Made by a program: the position numbers and the translations under genes
Notes under the pieces: generated by a model
The model's database searches: none
What the model was told of the DNA's origin: nothing
What the model saw: the letters and a program-made list of their open reading frames with translations, nothing else
NCBI GenBank assembly: GCA_000091205.1
Contig: AP006500.2
Source: Cyanidioschyzon merolae
Taxonomy: Eukaryota
Direction: 5' to 3' (one strand)
Length of the DNA stretch: 64,000 nucleotides
Shown: positions 1-12,151 of the stretch, one piece after another
Layout of the letters: each line of letters begins with the position of its first letter
Numbering within the stretch: the stretch's first letter is position 1

Positions 1-14
1 TTGGCGCCCTCGGC

Positions 15-719
15 ATGATCGTGTACCTGCTCCGTATCTACTTTGCGTTGAACAATTTGCGCATGTGCGCTAGCCTTGTCCGGACGGTGGAGTCACCGGG
101 ATTCCCGCCATTAGATGACGCGTTTCCTCTCGACCAACGGGTGACTTATCACTACTTTGTGGGACGCATCGCGCTGTACGAGGATCGGTACGTGGAAGCG
201 GAAACGCATCTCGCATTCGCGGCTCACCACTGCCCCGTGCGATACGAACGCAACCGTAAGCGGATATGGACGTATCTCGTACCGGTGCGACTGCTGCAGG
301 GTCGTTTGCCCAGCGTCCGGCTCCTTCGTAAGTACGGACTACGTGTGTATGAACGGCTGCGTGAAGCTGTTATCTATGGGGATATTCGACAATTCGATGA
401 TGTACTGCGTAGACATGGTGAATTCTTCATTCAAAGCGGCCTGCTTTTCACGGTTGAAAAACTTCGTCTGATTGTGTATCGGAATCGGTTTCGCGTTGCG
501 GTTCGTTTACTGAATTCGACTCGCATACCGTTGGCGGCCCTGCAGTGCGCCTTAACGGATCCGAAACCCGCACTTGATGAGCTGGAGTGCCTGGTCGCGA
601 ATCTGATCTATCGCGGCTTTATTCGCGGGTACGTCTCTCACCAGAAGAAATACCTTGTGACGAGTGCAAAAGACGCTTTTCCGGATATAGCACGAGTTTC
701 ACCTGGTGTGCTGCGCTGA
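15..719 (+). CDS. PCI domain protein, PCID2/CSN12 (Thp1)-like, C-terminal part; gene begins upstream of the window
   Basis: The translation aligns along its length with the PCID2/CSN12 PCI domain: YHYFVGRIALYED..AETHLAFAAHHCP, NRKRIWTYLVPVRLLQGRLPS, LRKYGL, IYGDIRQFDDVLRRHGEFFIQSGLLFTVEKLRLIVYRN, LVANLIYRGFIRGYVSHQKKYLV. The first Met of the ORF is internal to the domain, so this is a 5' partial. Confidence 0.8.
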   Translation: MIVYLLRIYFALNNLRMCASLVRTVESPGFPPLDDAFPLDQRVTYHYFVGRIALYEDRYVEAETHLAFAAHHCPVRYERNRKRIWTYLVPVRLLQGRLPSVRLLRKYGLRVYERLREAVIYGDIRQFDDVLRRHGEFFIQSGLLFTVEKLRLIVYRNRFRVAVRLLNSTRIPLAALQCALTDPKPALDELECLVANLIYRGFIRGYVSHQKKYLVTSAKDAFPDIARVSPGVLR

Positions 720-3700
720 TACGCGAGCCACCTTCCGAAGCTGCATCTTCGTCTCCCATGCCGATGACATGGAGATGGATCGGTGAATCGGCAGCGCATC
801 CGGGGGCCTTCAACCGCTCGCAGTGCGCTATCAAACAGAAACTGCGGATCACGCACGACGTGTTCGATTCATGTTTTCGTCGTGTATGCGATGTGGCGAC
901 GCTGCTATCGTGTCGTGACGCGTCTAACAGGAACGCGTGTCCAGTCGATGAAAGTTTCCGCATTGGGCAGAGCGCGCTGGCGGGCGATCTCCGTTGCATG
1001 ACCCTCGTTTGCACCGACTTGGTATACGGATCTGGATGCAACTGTTCGGCCATGCTTGATGCGGTGATTTCGATTCCCCATGCCCAGACTCGCGTTAATG
1101 AAGCGGGAAAGTGAGAACGCCTCTTTCCGGCAAATCGGCGGATGATTCCGGGAGAATGGAGTGAGACAGTTTTCCCTGGAGTGACCGTTGCGGGCAGTCG
1201 TTTGCAGGCCAACGTACGTGCTGTGCGAGTCCTCGTGGGCGTCGTTTTTTATCCTGATGAATCGAGGTGACGATATACTTCAGGTACTGGGGACAGCGAA
1301 TGTCAAGAGCACCTCGGCAGCAGCTGCTCTTGGACCATACTCGGTAGTTTCCAAAAACGGAACAATGATATCGTTCTCCAGTAGGCCTGGAAACCCGTTC
1401 GCGGTGTATGCGTACAGTGTACCAGCTCTGGTGGACTCCTGAATGGTACCATACGTGTGCCTCGTCCCAGGTGGGAACAAACGCCCGCCTGTACTAGGCA
1501 CAGATTTTTGCATCAAAAGTCTTCCTCGATTCAGCACAACGCACATTCGGGGTAGCAAACGATTCTCTCAAAGGTTCGCTCGATACAAAGCTTCTGGACG
1601 CTCCAATAGCGCGATTCATTTCCGCATGTTGATCGCGGCGCCCAAGTCTCGGTGCAGAAAGCGCCTGCGCGCATTGCGACTGGTATTAGAATCACGTCAT
1701 CGCAAACCTGTTACAAGCGATTGCCTCGCGAGCTGACGTTCGGTCAGCATACCGTATACCAACTCGGTCAACCGGCTCTGTTTCATTGTCTGCGTCTGGG
1801 CCTGCTTCAGCGAGAACCTGTGCTCGTGTTGCGTGTATGCCGTCCTCAGCGCATCGATGGGCATAGTACAGAATCGATTTCTCCATTCGTAATCGGCTCT
1901 CGTTGAAGATGCAAGCGTGCAGGCCCTGCGCGCTACAGCAAGTCTAGCGCGATGCACGGCCATAAAACTAGGCGGCTGGTCGGTCATAGCCCTTTCCAAC
2001 ACGTGGGAAAATGCTGGCGAATGAACGTATCATACCCCTGTACAACCGCAGCAGCTGGCGACCCCAGCGCGAACGCATGTACTCCTGCCAAAGATCGTCT
2101 GTGTGGGTCGTTCCGACGCTCGTGTACGATCTGAACGAACGGAATGTGGGATCCCTTCCTGTCCAATACGACGCTCAGTGCGTCAAGAATGGGGCCCCGG
2201 CGCTGTCACTCGGCGCGGTGGTGTGCCCGCTGACCACCATGACCATCATTATCACCACGCCCGATTCCCGATGATGCCGAACCCTGGAAAAATTAAGCAA
2301 CTTCATCTGCTTTTCGTAGAGGTATTTGGTGTCATCCTTTTGATAATGAGTCATTGCGATCACCATGATGTTTTCCAAAGCCCGGGTCGAAACTCATTCC
2401 CAAGTCTGGGACCTCATCCACCTCGCTGCGTGGAAAATGAGTATCGCTGCTGGACGCTGGCACGGAATTCACATGCTGCATGCAGATGATCACGCGGGAG
2501 GTCCCCGTGGTCGCTGTGAACTTCTATCCATATCCACGCTGTAAACGAGACGCCTCGGACGAGCTCCCGCGATGCACTTTGCAACCTTGTTCCAATAGTT
2601 CATACTCGCTTGCAGGGACGAGATGCTTCTTTGTCTTCTTTTTTCTTCACGAGTTGGAATGGGTTTGGTCGCTGTACTCTATTCTCGTTTCCTCCTTGGG
2701 ATTCAGACGGACTTGCTCCACGCTGAAACTGACACTAGCCTCTTCTATGTAAATATCCACTATTCCTCAAGAATCTTTTTGTCATGTTTTAAGCAGCGAG
2801 CGCGCTCACGGGCTGAAGCGCGCTTTCCGTCTCGTCCCAGCGTACAGGAAGAGGAGCAACAGAGCCGTTCAGGGCTGCTCAAGGCTGGGAGCCACTTGTC
2901 GATGAAGCTCAGTGGCACAGATGCGAGAGACTTGCCTATCGATCCGTGAGCATAGCCATAGCGGTTCACAACAATGAAGACGACTCCAACTGCATGGTGC
3001 CGGTGAGTATAGGCTTGTACGAAGACGAGCTCGACACGAATCACAACTGCCTTCTCATCGACTGCTATTAACCGCTGGAAAATGGGGTTTTCTAACAGAA
3101 GAGCAGAAGCGTATGGGATCGCAACACCTCGAGGAGTTCTTCAACGAAGGTTGCGATGTAGAGCGCTCCTGTCAGTTTGGCGACTTGTGGCCGACCATGC
3201 GACTGAATCGCACCCGGGGCTGACGATGACGTCACTGCCACTTGTCTCTATTTTACGACCTGCGATTTGTCGCTCTTTGAGAATCCAAATGCTGGTCTAC
3301 CATTGCTCCCGAATACAGTCTCAGCAGGCGAGACGAGCACCCGTTTCTCATGCGAGAGAGTTTTGCGGTTCCGTACGACATCGATCGTGCGCTGTTCAAC
3401 GCAAGACCATCGCTCAGAGAACCGCGCATTTCCCCCCAGTCCATCGGTGTCTCTTCATCACCGCTCGTATGACCAGGACGGAAATTTCACATCCTCTGGA
3501 TTGTTTCGTAGTATTTTATCTGAGAACATCTGGAACGGAATGGACTGTCGATGAGGAGGTCGTTTAATTAGAGTTTGATACGTTCGGTTTTGGGCACTCA
3601 TTGTTCAGGATACCGACCAATAGAGTGGTGATTCATTCACCTGCTGACCCTGGAATATCTGGCTCAGACCATTGCAACCCATTTTCCGAAAACGGCCTGT

Positions 3701-4031
3701 GACGGCATAATTCCTTTCCGCGACCTTTCTCCCATCTACAGAAAACATGTCGTCACTTGAATACCTGCGAGAAAAAATCAAACCAAAACAACAAGGCGTC
3801 CTAGTACAGGTATTCTGGAACTCACCGTCCTGAGTATATCGGCATTGCACAAGATCGGGGCGCTGTCGTTGGAAAAATGTCAATGTCCGTCTTGGCACTG
3901 GAATCAGCTCGACAGAAATCGAGCTTGGCTCGCCTGCTGCGTCGGAGCCAGCAGCGAATAAATATGAAAATGCCCGAAAAGGCATCCCAGGTTGCGGGTC
4001 GTTTGTTGCCACTTTCGCTTCGAGCTGATCT

Positions 4032-5339
4032 CTATCGGATTCGCGTGACGCTGCCAGAGACACGCAAGGTCGCAGCGAGTCTTGCGCGCGTAATCGCTCC
4101 AGCGCTCTCCTTACTCGCTCGCGAGGACCTGGTTTCAACTTCAGTGTTCGGCTGCTCGGGACGTAGATTCTCTGTACAGATGTCGAACGAGAGCAGGTTG
4201 CTGACGTCCTCCTTGATGAATATTTCAGTTTCGCTTGGTTCGACGCCGCCGAAACTCTGCGCAACCTCGCGTAGTCGCTCAGCTTTATCTTTCAGAGCGG
4301 GCAAACGATGGAGCAGTTCAGACATAAGTTTCCGTACCGTCTCAACGCGTTGGAGGACTTGCTCCTCAAGCGCTCGTTTTCTCCCGTCCGACAGTTCAGT
4401 ATCAGACTCATTGTCTGATACCAGGTCCTCGAACTGCGCGTTGGAGAATACTGCCTCGGCCTGTAACGCAGTCACCTGCTGGGCGAGTCGCTCGGCCTGT
4501 GCTCTGACCAACTGTTCGGCTGTGGCACAGCGTTCCGCTCGTAACCGCCGCAAGTATTTCTCCTTCTCAATAATAAGGGCCTCGAGCGTTTTCACTTTTC
4601 CACGAATCTCATTGTCTTCTTCTTCTTCCGGAAAGGACGCCTGAACTTGAGCGAAAACTACACAGTTCTTACGCAAGAGCTCTTCAAGGGCCGCAGCTGT
4701 CGCACGCAACTGTTCTCGTACCGCCTCGCGACGGCTTTCTGGAAGTAAGTAGCTTTCTCGAACGCTGGGTTGCAGTGCTTCATCAACAGCGTCATTAAAG
4801 CACTTTACTGCCTCGGTGATGACCGACTCGCTGGGCAGCACGACGTGAGGCTCTCGCAGGTAGGGCGCGGTCTCCATAAGCACCGGGTTCGTAGTCAGCG
4901 CCGGGAATTCAAATACGGCGTAGAGACCGCGCGCATCGCCTGCGCGTGCCGCACATCGCGATGCAGCGATGCAGCGATGCGAGGCGTCTGCACGAGCGCC
5001 ACGTACAGACGCGCCTAGCACCGCAAGCCTGGTGGACCTCTGTTCCCGCCACAACGACTTTTCTGGAGCCTGTTGAACGTCGTGAGCTTGGGAGAGGAGC
5101 GGAATTCTCTTCCCCGGGCTAGTGATCAGTATCGACGCTCCGGAGACTCTACTTGGATGGATCGGTCTCATACCAAAAGAATGCGCTGACGTTGCTTCGC
5201 GTGCAGTGCGCTGCAGTGGCGTGCCGCTGGACTGCTTCGATTGGCAGGCGCGTTCCGTGGATGCGCGTCCTGAAGAGGTCGCACGATCTGTCTTCTGGTT
5301 CTCGTGGAAATGCACATTTGGAACTGGTGGGACGCTCAC
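4032..5339 (-). CDS. hypothetical coiled-coil protein (no recognisable domain)
   Basis: 435-aa ORF with long heptad-like E/R/L/A-rich stretches (EEQVLQRVETVRKLMSELLHRLPALKDKAERLRE and similar) and an S/T-rich N-terminus. Supported by length only. The antisense ORFs 3605..4264 and 3877..4644 overlap it and are treated as spurious. Confidence 0.4.
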   Translation of the reverse strand: MSVPPVPNVHFHENQKTDRATSSGRASTERACQSKQSSGTPLQRTAREATSAHSFGMRPIHPSRVSGASILITSPGKRIPLLSQAHDVQQAPEKSLWREQRSTRLAVLGASVRGARADASHRCIAASRCAARAGDARGLYAVFEFPALTTNPVLMETAPYLREPHVVLPSESVITEAVKCFNDAVDEALQPSVRESYLLPESRREAVREQLRATAAALEELLRKNCVVFAQVQASFPEEEEDNEIRGKVKTLEALIIEKEKYLRRLRAERCATAEQLVRAQAERLAQQVTALQAEAVFSNAQFEDLVSDNESDTELSDGRKRALEEQVLQRVETVRKLMSELLHRLPALKDKAERLREVAQSFGGVEPSETEIFIKEDVSNLLSFDICTENLRPEQPNTEVETRSSRASKESAGAITRARLAATLRVSGSVTRIR

Positions 5340-6774
5340 TGTACTGTGGAGGAACTGAATCCACGTCTGTCGTGTTCAGCGGTGGTGCATCATCCAGAAG
5401 AGTCCGGTAAGGCTCACAGACTTTGCACCGAGAAAAATGGCGATGCGGGCTGCCAACGTGCCCTTGACGTTGTTTTCGGATGGATTTGTTTATCTGGAAT
5501 CACCGGAGTTCGCGAACGCCGCTGGCTGCGTTGATGTTTCATTCGCATACGGGTCCCGCAGACGTTGCTACGTTGTGCCAACTCCTGCGCTGTGCGCTCC
5601 TCACGAAATCGATATCCGATCGATCTAGTGACCCTGCGGGCACACCTGTATGAGGGAACCGATGCTTGATCGCCTCTTGAAGCATCACCCGCTTTAGATG
5701 TACAAAGGTAAACGTAACATGGGCCTCAAGTGTGCCACATGCGATGACCAGGTCTCCGTTGGGACATGATACATTGGCATTGTGACGCGCTTCTTGTCTT
5801 CTTACGATCTGCGGTTGTCTTCGAAATAAGAAGCAATGATCGTTGCTTTACATCTCCAGGTGGGTGCATAAAAGCTCGGGAGCATGACGTCTCATCGAAT
5901 CACAAAAGATCAGAGCCACCATCGTGGTTTCATCTCTCAAGAACTGAAGTCCGTGCATCCCGTTCTCGGTCCAAATACCATAAACACTCCGTTACTGAAA
6001 CGAGATCCTGATCTATCGCTAAAGAGAAGCTGAAGCGCCGTTTCAGATTCGGATGTTGGCGCGCTCGACTGCGTCTTCGCTCGCCCATACACTGCCCGGT
6101 AGAATGGGAGCTCGCAATGCAGCATGATATCGCATGAGGCGATTCGAGCTTTTTTGGAAAAAAGCAGCGTATCTCTTACGGGATCAAGACATGCGGCAGC
6201 GCATTCCTTCCGAGCTGACGGCGCTCGATCGCGTCAACCACGACTCTATTGACTTGTAGTAGCACCAACGCTCGGGCGGCTGATCGGGTTTAGCTGCTCC
6301 AAGGACGCCCGGGCGGTCGCTCGTGGCGTTCCAATAGTTCCCGTAGACAGAATTATCAAGCAGCGCTATCGTTTTAGAAGACGTTCTCCCAGCGTTCGAT
6401 CGTGAGTACATGTTCATGCGAAAAGCCGCCCAGCCGTCGGCCCGCTGCATCCCAAGAGCTCAATGCATGCGTGCGCCTGCGTTTCCGGGTAGGGTTCTTC
6501 CCTATATTTGTAGGTCTGTTCTGATTGATACATTAATGTGCAGATAACGGATTGCCCCAGTGACCCGTTCGCACTCGCGTCGTGTTCGCAACAAGGCTTG
6601 CGCGTAAAGCAGGTACTCGCTCCTCCTCAGTAAGCCGGATCGAGTCGGGCTCACCGAGTAGTAGACGCCAAAACGCCGTACTGCGACCGCTTTAGAGTTG
6701 GCTCTGGTATAGACTCCGCATTACCCGCAGAGATCCCGCTAGCACCTCTATCGGTAGGCACAGGCGCTTCAATT

Positions 6775-9390
6775 ATGAACCGAAAACGCTACCGCTTTGA
6801 AGCCGGCAAGACAACAGACCCGGACGAGACACCGACAGCGACTGGCGCAGAGCGGAGCGCGAAGACAGTCCTGCGCTCCCTCGTGAAGCAACTGCTGCCG
6901 CCTCAAGGCAAACCCCAAAGGAAGCATCGCCAGCGCGACGCCTCGAAAGCATCCGGTCTGGAGGGCAAGTACTCGCCTTCTCGCCGAAAGCGCGATGGAG
7001 ACGGGGACGCTGCCTCACGGGTAGAGCGCGCCTATGCGGCGATGCAGCGGCGCCTCCAGGCAGCACAAAAGTCATCAAAGCGAAAGGCAGGGCGCTTGCC
7101 AGTGCGAGATCCCATTTCCGGAACTTGGCTTGTTCCCGGAACGGATAGTGTCTCAGAACGAGGTGCTACCTCGAATGGTCACCCGCAGACAGTGCGTCTC
7201 GTGCGACCCGGTGCCCGCCTCCGCTCACCGATCCAAGAGGTCGCAGAAAGCCCGCAACACACCGCCCCCATGCATAATGTCATCCGCCGTGCTTCCGACT
7301 CGCCGCAGCGGGACACGCTACAAGCTGACCGAGACCACAAGGACGACATGCATACAACGGAAGCTGACGCGAGCGATGAGGCGATTGCTGTATGTCCGGA
7401 GACACGACGTGCTTTCGGACGAGATGCGGCATCCGCATTCGAAACGCTGGCACCCAAACAGCATAGCTTTATAGTTTTGATTGCAGGAACGTGCGCGGCA
7501 ATCGCCGAAAATCCCGAACAAGAGACGGGAAAGCTTCAGTCCCTGCCCTCATTGCTGCGTGAACTGGACCGTTTCCAACGTGCTGTGCGCACCAGTCCCA
7601 GTGGGACGGCCTGGAGCGCGCACGCGACCCTCCTATGCATACGATCCCTCACAGAACTCTTTTTGGATATTTGTCCCGGGTATCAGATTCGAATCCCGAG
7701 CGAACCTAAGGACGGTGTTCGGCTAAGTAAGACTGTAAGGAAGCTTCGCAAATATGAATCAGTGCTGCTGCAAGCCTATGCGAGTTTTATCCGATGGCTC
7801 AGGAAACATCTTGAGGGCGCAGGCAGATGCCCCGATACCGCCCACAGCGCAGTCGATGGAATGCTGCGGCAGACGTGCCTGCAATCTTGTCAGGAATTAC
7901 TGCTTCAGCTCTGCCATTTTAACCATGCAGAGGACTTGGTCGAGATGCTCGTGTCGCAGTTCGGCACCGACGCGGCAACTGATGAAGTACTCGTGGCGAC
8001 TGCCAGCGAACTTATGGAGCTCTTTGAAAGCTCTACGGGCTCGAGTTTGCGGACGGCGGTTCGACTGGTTCGAGCCCTTTGCCGGCGCCTTCGAGACGAA
8101 GGGATCCGTGCACCAGCGGCAATTGTGGAACCGCTGCTAAAGGTTCCCCTGGAAGCGCTTCATGCGGCCCCGAAAAAGAAGCGCCATCAGCAGCATGCGG
8201 ACGGCGGAAACACTGCACATCCGCTGAGCCGTCGGAAGAAAGCGCGCATGCAACACGGAGCGCTACGTCAGTGGATGGAGGAGAAGCAACGCTTGGACCG
8301 CCAAGTCGATGAACAGCTTTCCCGGGATATCCACGACCTAGAAGCGGAATCCACACCGGAGGAGATGAACTGGGCGAGACGCCAAGTCATGGCAGCGCTG
8401 TCGCAGGCGTATGCGCAGTGTTTACTGCAGCTGGAGCAGGCGTTGCAGTCACAGACGAATACAGGTGATACGGCAATCCCGCCGGGGAAAAATGAGAGGT
8501 CGCGGTCACCTGGGGACAAGGTGACGCCACAGACAAAACTTCGGGACAGGCGCGCGCGCTTGAAGCGGCTCAACAACTTGCTGCCACGAATCGCTGAAGG
8601 TCTTGGGCAGATTGCGCTCTACTTGAACGCCAAGCTCTTGAACGACCTGCTTTTGACCATGTATCGCATCATAGACGCCGCATTCGCCGCGGACACGGAG
8701 GCGCAATCATTGCTGGGCCTCCTGCGCTGCGTGCGTGCCGCGTACCAGATCATCATTGCACAGCAGATCGCAACACAGAACGCCGATCCAACGTACCTGG
8801 ACGGCATCCTCTTTCGATGCATGAATCCGACAGGCGTCGTAGTCAAGCTCCCGCCAGATTGCCGTGCCTCCTGGCACCGTGAACTCACTGCAGCGGTGGA
8901 TTTCGGATTGCTGGGCTCGCGGCGAACGCTCCCGATTCGCCGCGGAGCAGCGTTCTGGATGCGACTCTTAGAGTGCGCGCTTCATGCGACGGACACATCA
9001 TGGGCATGCTTGTACGTACGCAAGGCGGAATCCCTGGTGGAACGGTATCCGGTGCTGCGAACCTGGCTTGCATCAGCGATGACCGTGGAAGAAACCGACA
9101 CCAACACCGACACTGATCGAACGATCCTTGCAGCTCCAATAGGCCTGCTGCCCAGCACGCCCCGAGCGCTATCCGATCATCACTGGGACGCGCTCGCCGC
9201 CGATCCCGATATCGTAGGCGCTATGCTGCTCGCCGATCAAGCGGTGGTGGCGATCGATGCACACGGCACGCGCGTGCGTGTTCGGGATTTGTGTGCGGCG
9301 CCAGCGCTGGGGCCGCACACGCAGCGCGGTGCAGCGTCGATTGCCCAGGCGCTGCTGCAACGCCTGCGTGCACCGCTTCCCGCGATCTAG
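6775..9390 (+). CDS. NOC3-like nucleolar complex-associated protein (Noc3p N-terminal plus CBF/Mak21-type C-terminal region), tentative
   Basis: 871-aa uninterrupted ORF with a basic K/R-rich N-terminus typical of nucleolar proteins. The segment LRKYESVLLQAYASFIRWL resembles the conserved NOC3 'LRKYE..L...Y..F' region, and the C-terminal helical region (LLPRIAEGLGQIALYLN...LLLTMYRII) resembles CBF. The family assignment is from memory and not computed. Confidence 0.6.
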   Translation: MNRKRYRFEAGKTTDPDETPTATGAERSAKTVLRSLVKQLLPPQGKPQRKHRQRDASKASGLEGKYSPSRRKRDGDGDAASRVERAYAAMQRRLQAAQKSSKRKAGRLPVRDPISGTWLVPGTDSVSERGATSNGHPQTVRLVRPGARLRSPIQEVAESPQHTAPMHNVIRRASDSPQRDTLQADRDHKDDMHTTEADASDEAIAVCPETRRAFGRDAASAFETLAPKQHSFIVLIAGTCAAIAENPEQETGKLQSLPSLLRELDRFQRAVRTSPSGTAWSAHATLLCIRSLTELFLDICPGYQIRIPSEPKDGVRLSKTVRKLRKYESVLLQAYASFIRWLRKHLEGAGRCPDTAHSAVDGMLRQTCLQSCQELLLQLCHFNHAEDLVEMLVSQFGTDAATDEVLVATASELMELFESSTGSSLRTAVRLVRALCRRLRDEGIRAPAAIVEPLLKVPLEALHAAPKKKRHQQHADGGNTAHPLSRRKKARMQHGALRQWMEEKQRLDRQVDEQLSRDIHDLEAESTPEEMNWARRQVMAALSQAYAQCLLQLEQALQSQTNTGDTAIPPGKNERSRSPGDKVTPQTKLRDRRARLKRLNNLLPRIAEGLGQIALYLNAKLLNDLLLTMYRIIDAAFAADTEAQSLLGLLRCVRAAYQIIIAQQIATQNADPTYLDGILFRCMNPTGVVVKLPPDCRASWHRELTAAVDFGLLGSRRTLPIRRGAAFWMRLLECALHATDTSWACLYVRKAESLVERYPVLRTWLASAMTVEETDTNTDTDRTILAAPIGLLPSTPRALSDHHWDALAADPDIVGAMLLADQAVVAIDAHGTRVRVRDLCAAPALGPHTQRGAASIAQALLQRLRAPLPAI

Positions 9391-10284
9391 GAGCGCTCCT
9401 GGGGTACTACATCTTGGAACGCGCTGGCGTTCCGATGGGTGCCTTGTCTCGAACGGACGTCTGTCGTCGAGGTGCCGCTCATCCCGTCTGTGTGCGTTTG
9501 GCGAGTGCGCGCAACAGGCGTACCAGATAGGATCGGTACACCGGTGCGTGATCGTTTGGGTATATGGTGTTCTTTGGTGCGATTTTCGTGTCTGGGGTTG
9601 GTGGAATCCAGCGGCGGCGGGCGGGGGCCTCGGGCGGCTCCCTGTCGTGGCCGCTCTCCTAGATTTCGACAACTATTGCCTGGTCGGGCGATCCCGGACT
9701 GGATGGATCGACCGTATACCATGGAAATGGCGGTGTTTGCGCATTCGGGACCGTATTTGGAACCAGAGTATCGACCGAGTCACTGCAAATGGTGCGGCAA
9801 GTGCGAGTTTCGCATGTTTCCGCATGGAACGCAAGCCGTGCGAGTTGCTTACCCGCATTGCCGCACGGAACGGGCAGGCCGTGGATCCCCTGGGCAGCCT
9901 ACCAGTGGCACTGCCGCTGCAGCCGAACAGATGCGATGCACGCAACGCAGGTACGGGTGCCAATGGATGCGGGCAACGCATCCCAGCATGGAACCCTGCT
10001 GCTGAGCAGCGCGGACGAATTTTCCGCATGACAGCGACGTTTGCATCGTCCGGCGTTCGCAGTCTCGAAAATGGTCCCGCCAGCCGCTGTGAACAAGCGC
10101 TTGTGTCGCTGACTAGGCCGCGCACTGATCGCGACTTGCCGCGATCGAACAGCAGCAACACGCAACGTCTTTTGACGTCTGGCGGCACGCAGTGGAAACG
10201 CCAGCGCATTGCCCCCGCTGGTGATAGAGGCGCTACGAGAGTAGCACTTCAACGACCGACCATACCTGGAAGAAATCGGGTGCG

Positions 10285-11718
10285 TCAGCGGCGATGCATC
10301 CGTGTCGTAGTTTCCGTTGCAGCAGACAACATATCTGCGCGCATTTTCGCTAAAAACGGCAGAAAGCGCTTCACGTATTGCGATTCCCACTGCCACGTGG
10401 GATCCGTCGCGCAAATGCGCATGACATTCTCTCGATAGCGTTCTTGGTGACGCTTTACCTGTATGATGGACGACACCAAACTGGACAAGTCGGTGAATGC
10501 GGTACCCATCATCGCACTTGAAGGTGCTCCAGAGGCATCCAACTCGCCATCGAGCCGCTGAAGCGGCAGATCCTTTTCCAAGCACGGATACGCATAGGCG
10601 ATGACCGGCAGACCGCAGCCCCACATATCGAACACCTTCATCGGCAGATCCATTCCAGACGAGGATTGATGCATTGAAATACCGGCATCAGCACAAGAAA
10701 GCAGCTGTGCGTAGTCGTCTCTGCTCGGTAGCCAGAGTGCGTGCAGGCTCCAGCGCGTCAGGCCAAGCTGGGGCCAAAATCGCTCCACGTAAAACGAGCG
10801 CAACGGACCGCGTCCCGTAATGAAAAGACGCCCAGACCAGCCGTACTTTTTCTCTAAAAGCACCACTGCTTGAAAGAGAAGCTCCATGGGTTCATCTGGT
10901 GACCAGCTCGTCGCGCTGCAGAGCCAAACCTGGGCTATCGCGCTTTCGATCGCTTCATCCGTCCAATGGAAAACGCGACGACACAGGTCCCGGCGCCGGT
11001 GGTATCGCTGTTCGGTATCGAGCGCGCTCGACAAGAAGCGCTGCGTCCAGTCGCGTAACGGGCGGTCGGGAAGCACCAGCAACTTGCTCCGCTCAAGCGC
11101 CATCTCTGCGAGTATGTGCTCCCCGAGCGTACCAGTGACGGCGAGGTGTGCGTCCGCTACGCGCGCGCCAAGCAGGTACTCCAGACGCGCTGCAAGGGCG
11201 ACAGCGGAGCCTGGTGCCCGGTTGATGGCCATAATCGAGTGCGTCGTGTTGTGCCAGTCGAGTACGGCGATTGCACCCGGTCGCGCGCGGTGCCATCGCA
11301 GCCACGGTACCAACATCAAGGTCGGAAACGCGGGAGGGTTCTGCGCCACCAGGAGGTCCCACGGCGGTATATCATCGAACGCGCGACGCACGAGCCACAG
11401 TCGCGTCACGAGTGCACAGAACGCCCGCCAGGGGTAACTCAGACGGCGCCGCCAGCGTCGCGTTTGTTCGCCCGCGTGGACGGAAGTTGGCGTCGCGCGA
11501 GATAAAGACACAACACGAACTTGCGCGTTGTTCAGGTCGTCCACGTTGCCGTAGCCCAGCAGGGTCACCCGAAAGCCCTCCGCCGCTAAAGCTGAGGCGT
11601 GTGCAAGCATGCGCGGCGACTGCTCGAGCCGCCCCAGCACAAGCACCACCGCGTGCGGTGCCACCAGCTCCGAGTCGTCATGCTTTGCCTCTGGCAACCG
11701 CGCTGTCGACAGCGCCAT
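10285..11718 (-). CDS. ALG1: chitobiosyldiphosphodolichol beta-1,4-mannosyltransferase (ALG1, GT33)
   Basis: N-terminal motif VVLVLGRLEQSPRMLAHASALA matches the ALG1 G(D)xGRSPRMQYHA box. C-terminal motif GISMHQSSSGMDLPMKVFDMWGCGLPV matches ALG1 [23 protein letters not shown]. The ORF track extends to 11970, but the likely start is the Met of MALSTARL (complement ATG at 11716..11718), giving 478 aa. Confidence 0.8.
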   Translation of the reverse strand: MALSTARLPEAKHDDSELVAPHAVVLVLGRLEQSPRMLAHASALAAEGFRVTLLGYGNVDDLNNAQVRVVSLSRATPTSVHAGEQTRRWRRRLSYPWRAFCALVTRLWLVRRAFDDIPPWDLLVAQNPPAFPTLMLVPWLRWHRARPGAIAVLDWHNTTHSIMAINRAPGSAVALAARLEYLLGARVADAHLAVTGTLGEHILAEMALERSKLLVLPDRPLRDWTQRFLSSALDTEQRYHRRRDLCRRVFHWTDEAIESAIAQVWLCSATSWSPDEPMELLFQAVVLLEKKYGWSGRLFITGRGPLRSFYVERFWPQLGLTRWSLHALWLPSRDDYAQLLSCADAGISMHQSSSGMDLPMKVFDMWGCGLPVIAYAYPCLEKDLPLQRLDGELDASGAPSSAMMGTAFTDLSSLVSSIIQVKRHQERYRENVMRICATDPTWQWESQYVKRFLPFLAKMRADMLSAATETTTRMHRR

Positions 11719-12130
11719 ACCCGCGGTACCGATGCGCAAAAATGCACCGTTCCTGGCGGGACTCGAACCCGCAGTCTTTCGATCGACTCTGTGGTATAGA
11801 AGTCGAATACGTTGTGGACCGAGATACGGGGGCGCGAATCGCCTCCGGGCGTCCCCTGTGGCTCGGTTATCCACGGCGCGCGCGCAGCAACGCCCAGCCT
11901 TCGATGCTGCAAACTGCTCAGCGATACATCGGACGTCACGCTTTACGCCACAGGAACGGGGTGTCACCAACTAACATTTGATCAAAATTACTATATAAAG
12001 AGAAGCCATTCCGGGGATCGCTCAGATTGATTGGCGATGGTGCGTGCTCGGCCTCGCGGAGCGATCGGCGGCGGTGCCTGGCATGTGCGATCCGCAGCCG
12101 CGATTCGCGATCGCAGCGCGCCTCTTGAGC

Positions 12131-12151
12131 TGCTTGCTTGCTTGCTTGCTT
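12131..12151. repeat. (GCTT)n microsatellite just upstream of the FNR start
   Basis: tgcttgcttgcttgcttgcttt read directly. It is translated as LLACLLAF in the extended ORF. Confidence 0.8.

Noticed and set aside
3605-4644. ORFs 3605..4264 (-) and 3877..4644 (+)
   Set aside because: S/R-rich low-complexity translations, antisense to or overlapping the longer 4032..5339 coiled-coil ORF. No motifs.
9257-10624. Cluster of long overlapping ORFs in several frames on both strands (9257..10438 +, 9439..10005 +, 9673..10209 -, 9899..10624 -)
   Set aside because: Arg/Ala/Gly-rich translations with no motif, mutually overlapping in all frames. This is typical of stop-poor GC-rich non-coding DNA between the NOC3-like gene and ALG1. 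ORF 9899..10624 also overlaps the ALG1 3' end.
11753-11830. Possible tRNA gene (T-arm gcgggttcgagtcccgc)
   Set aside because: No acceptor-stem pairing is present (5' partner GTTCCTG absent). The arm order does not fit on either strand and there is no canonical anticodon arm. Kept only as a tRNA-like relic in the findings.
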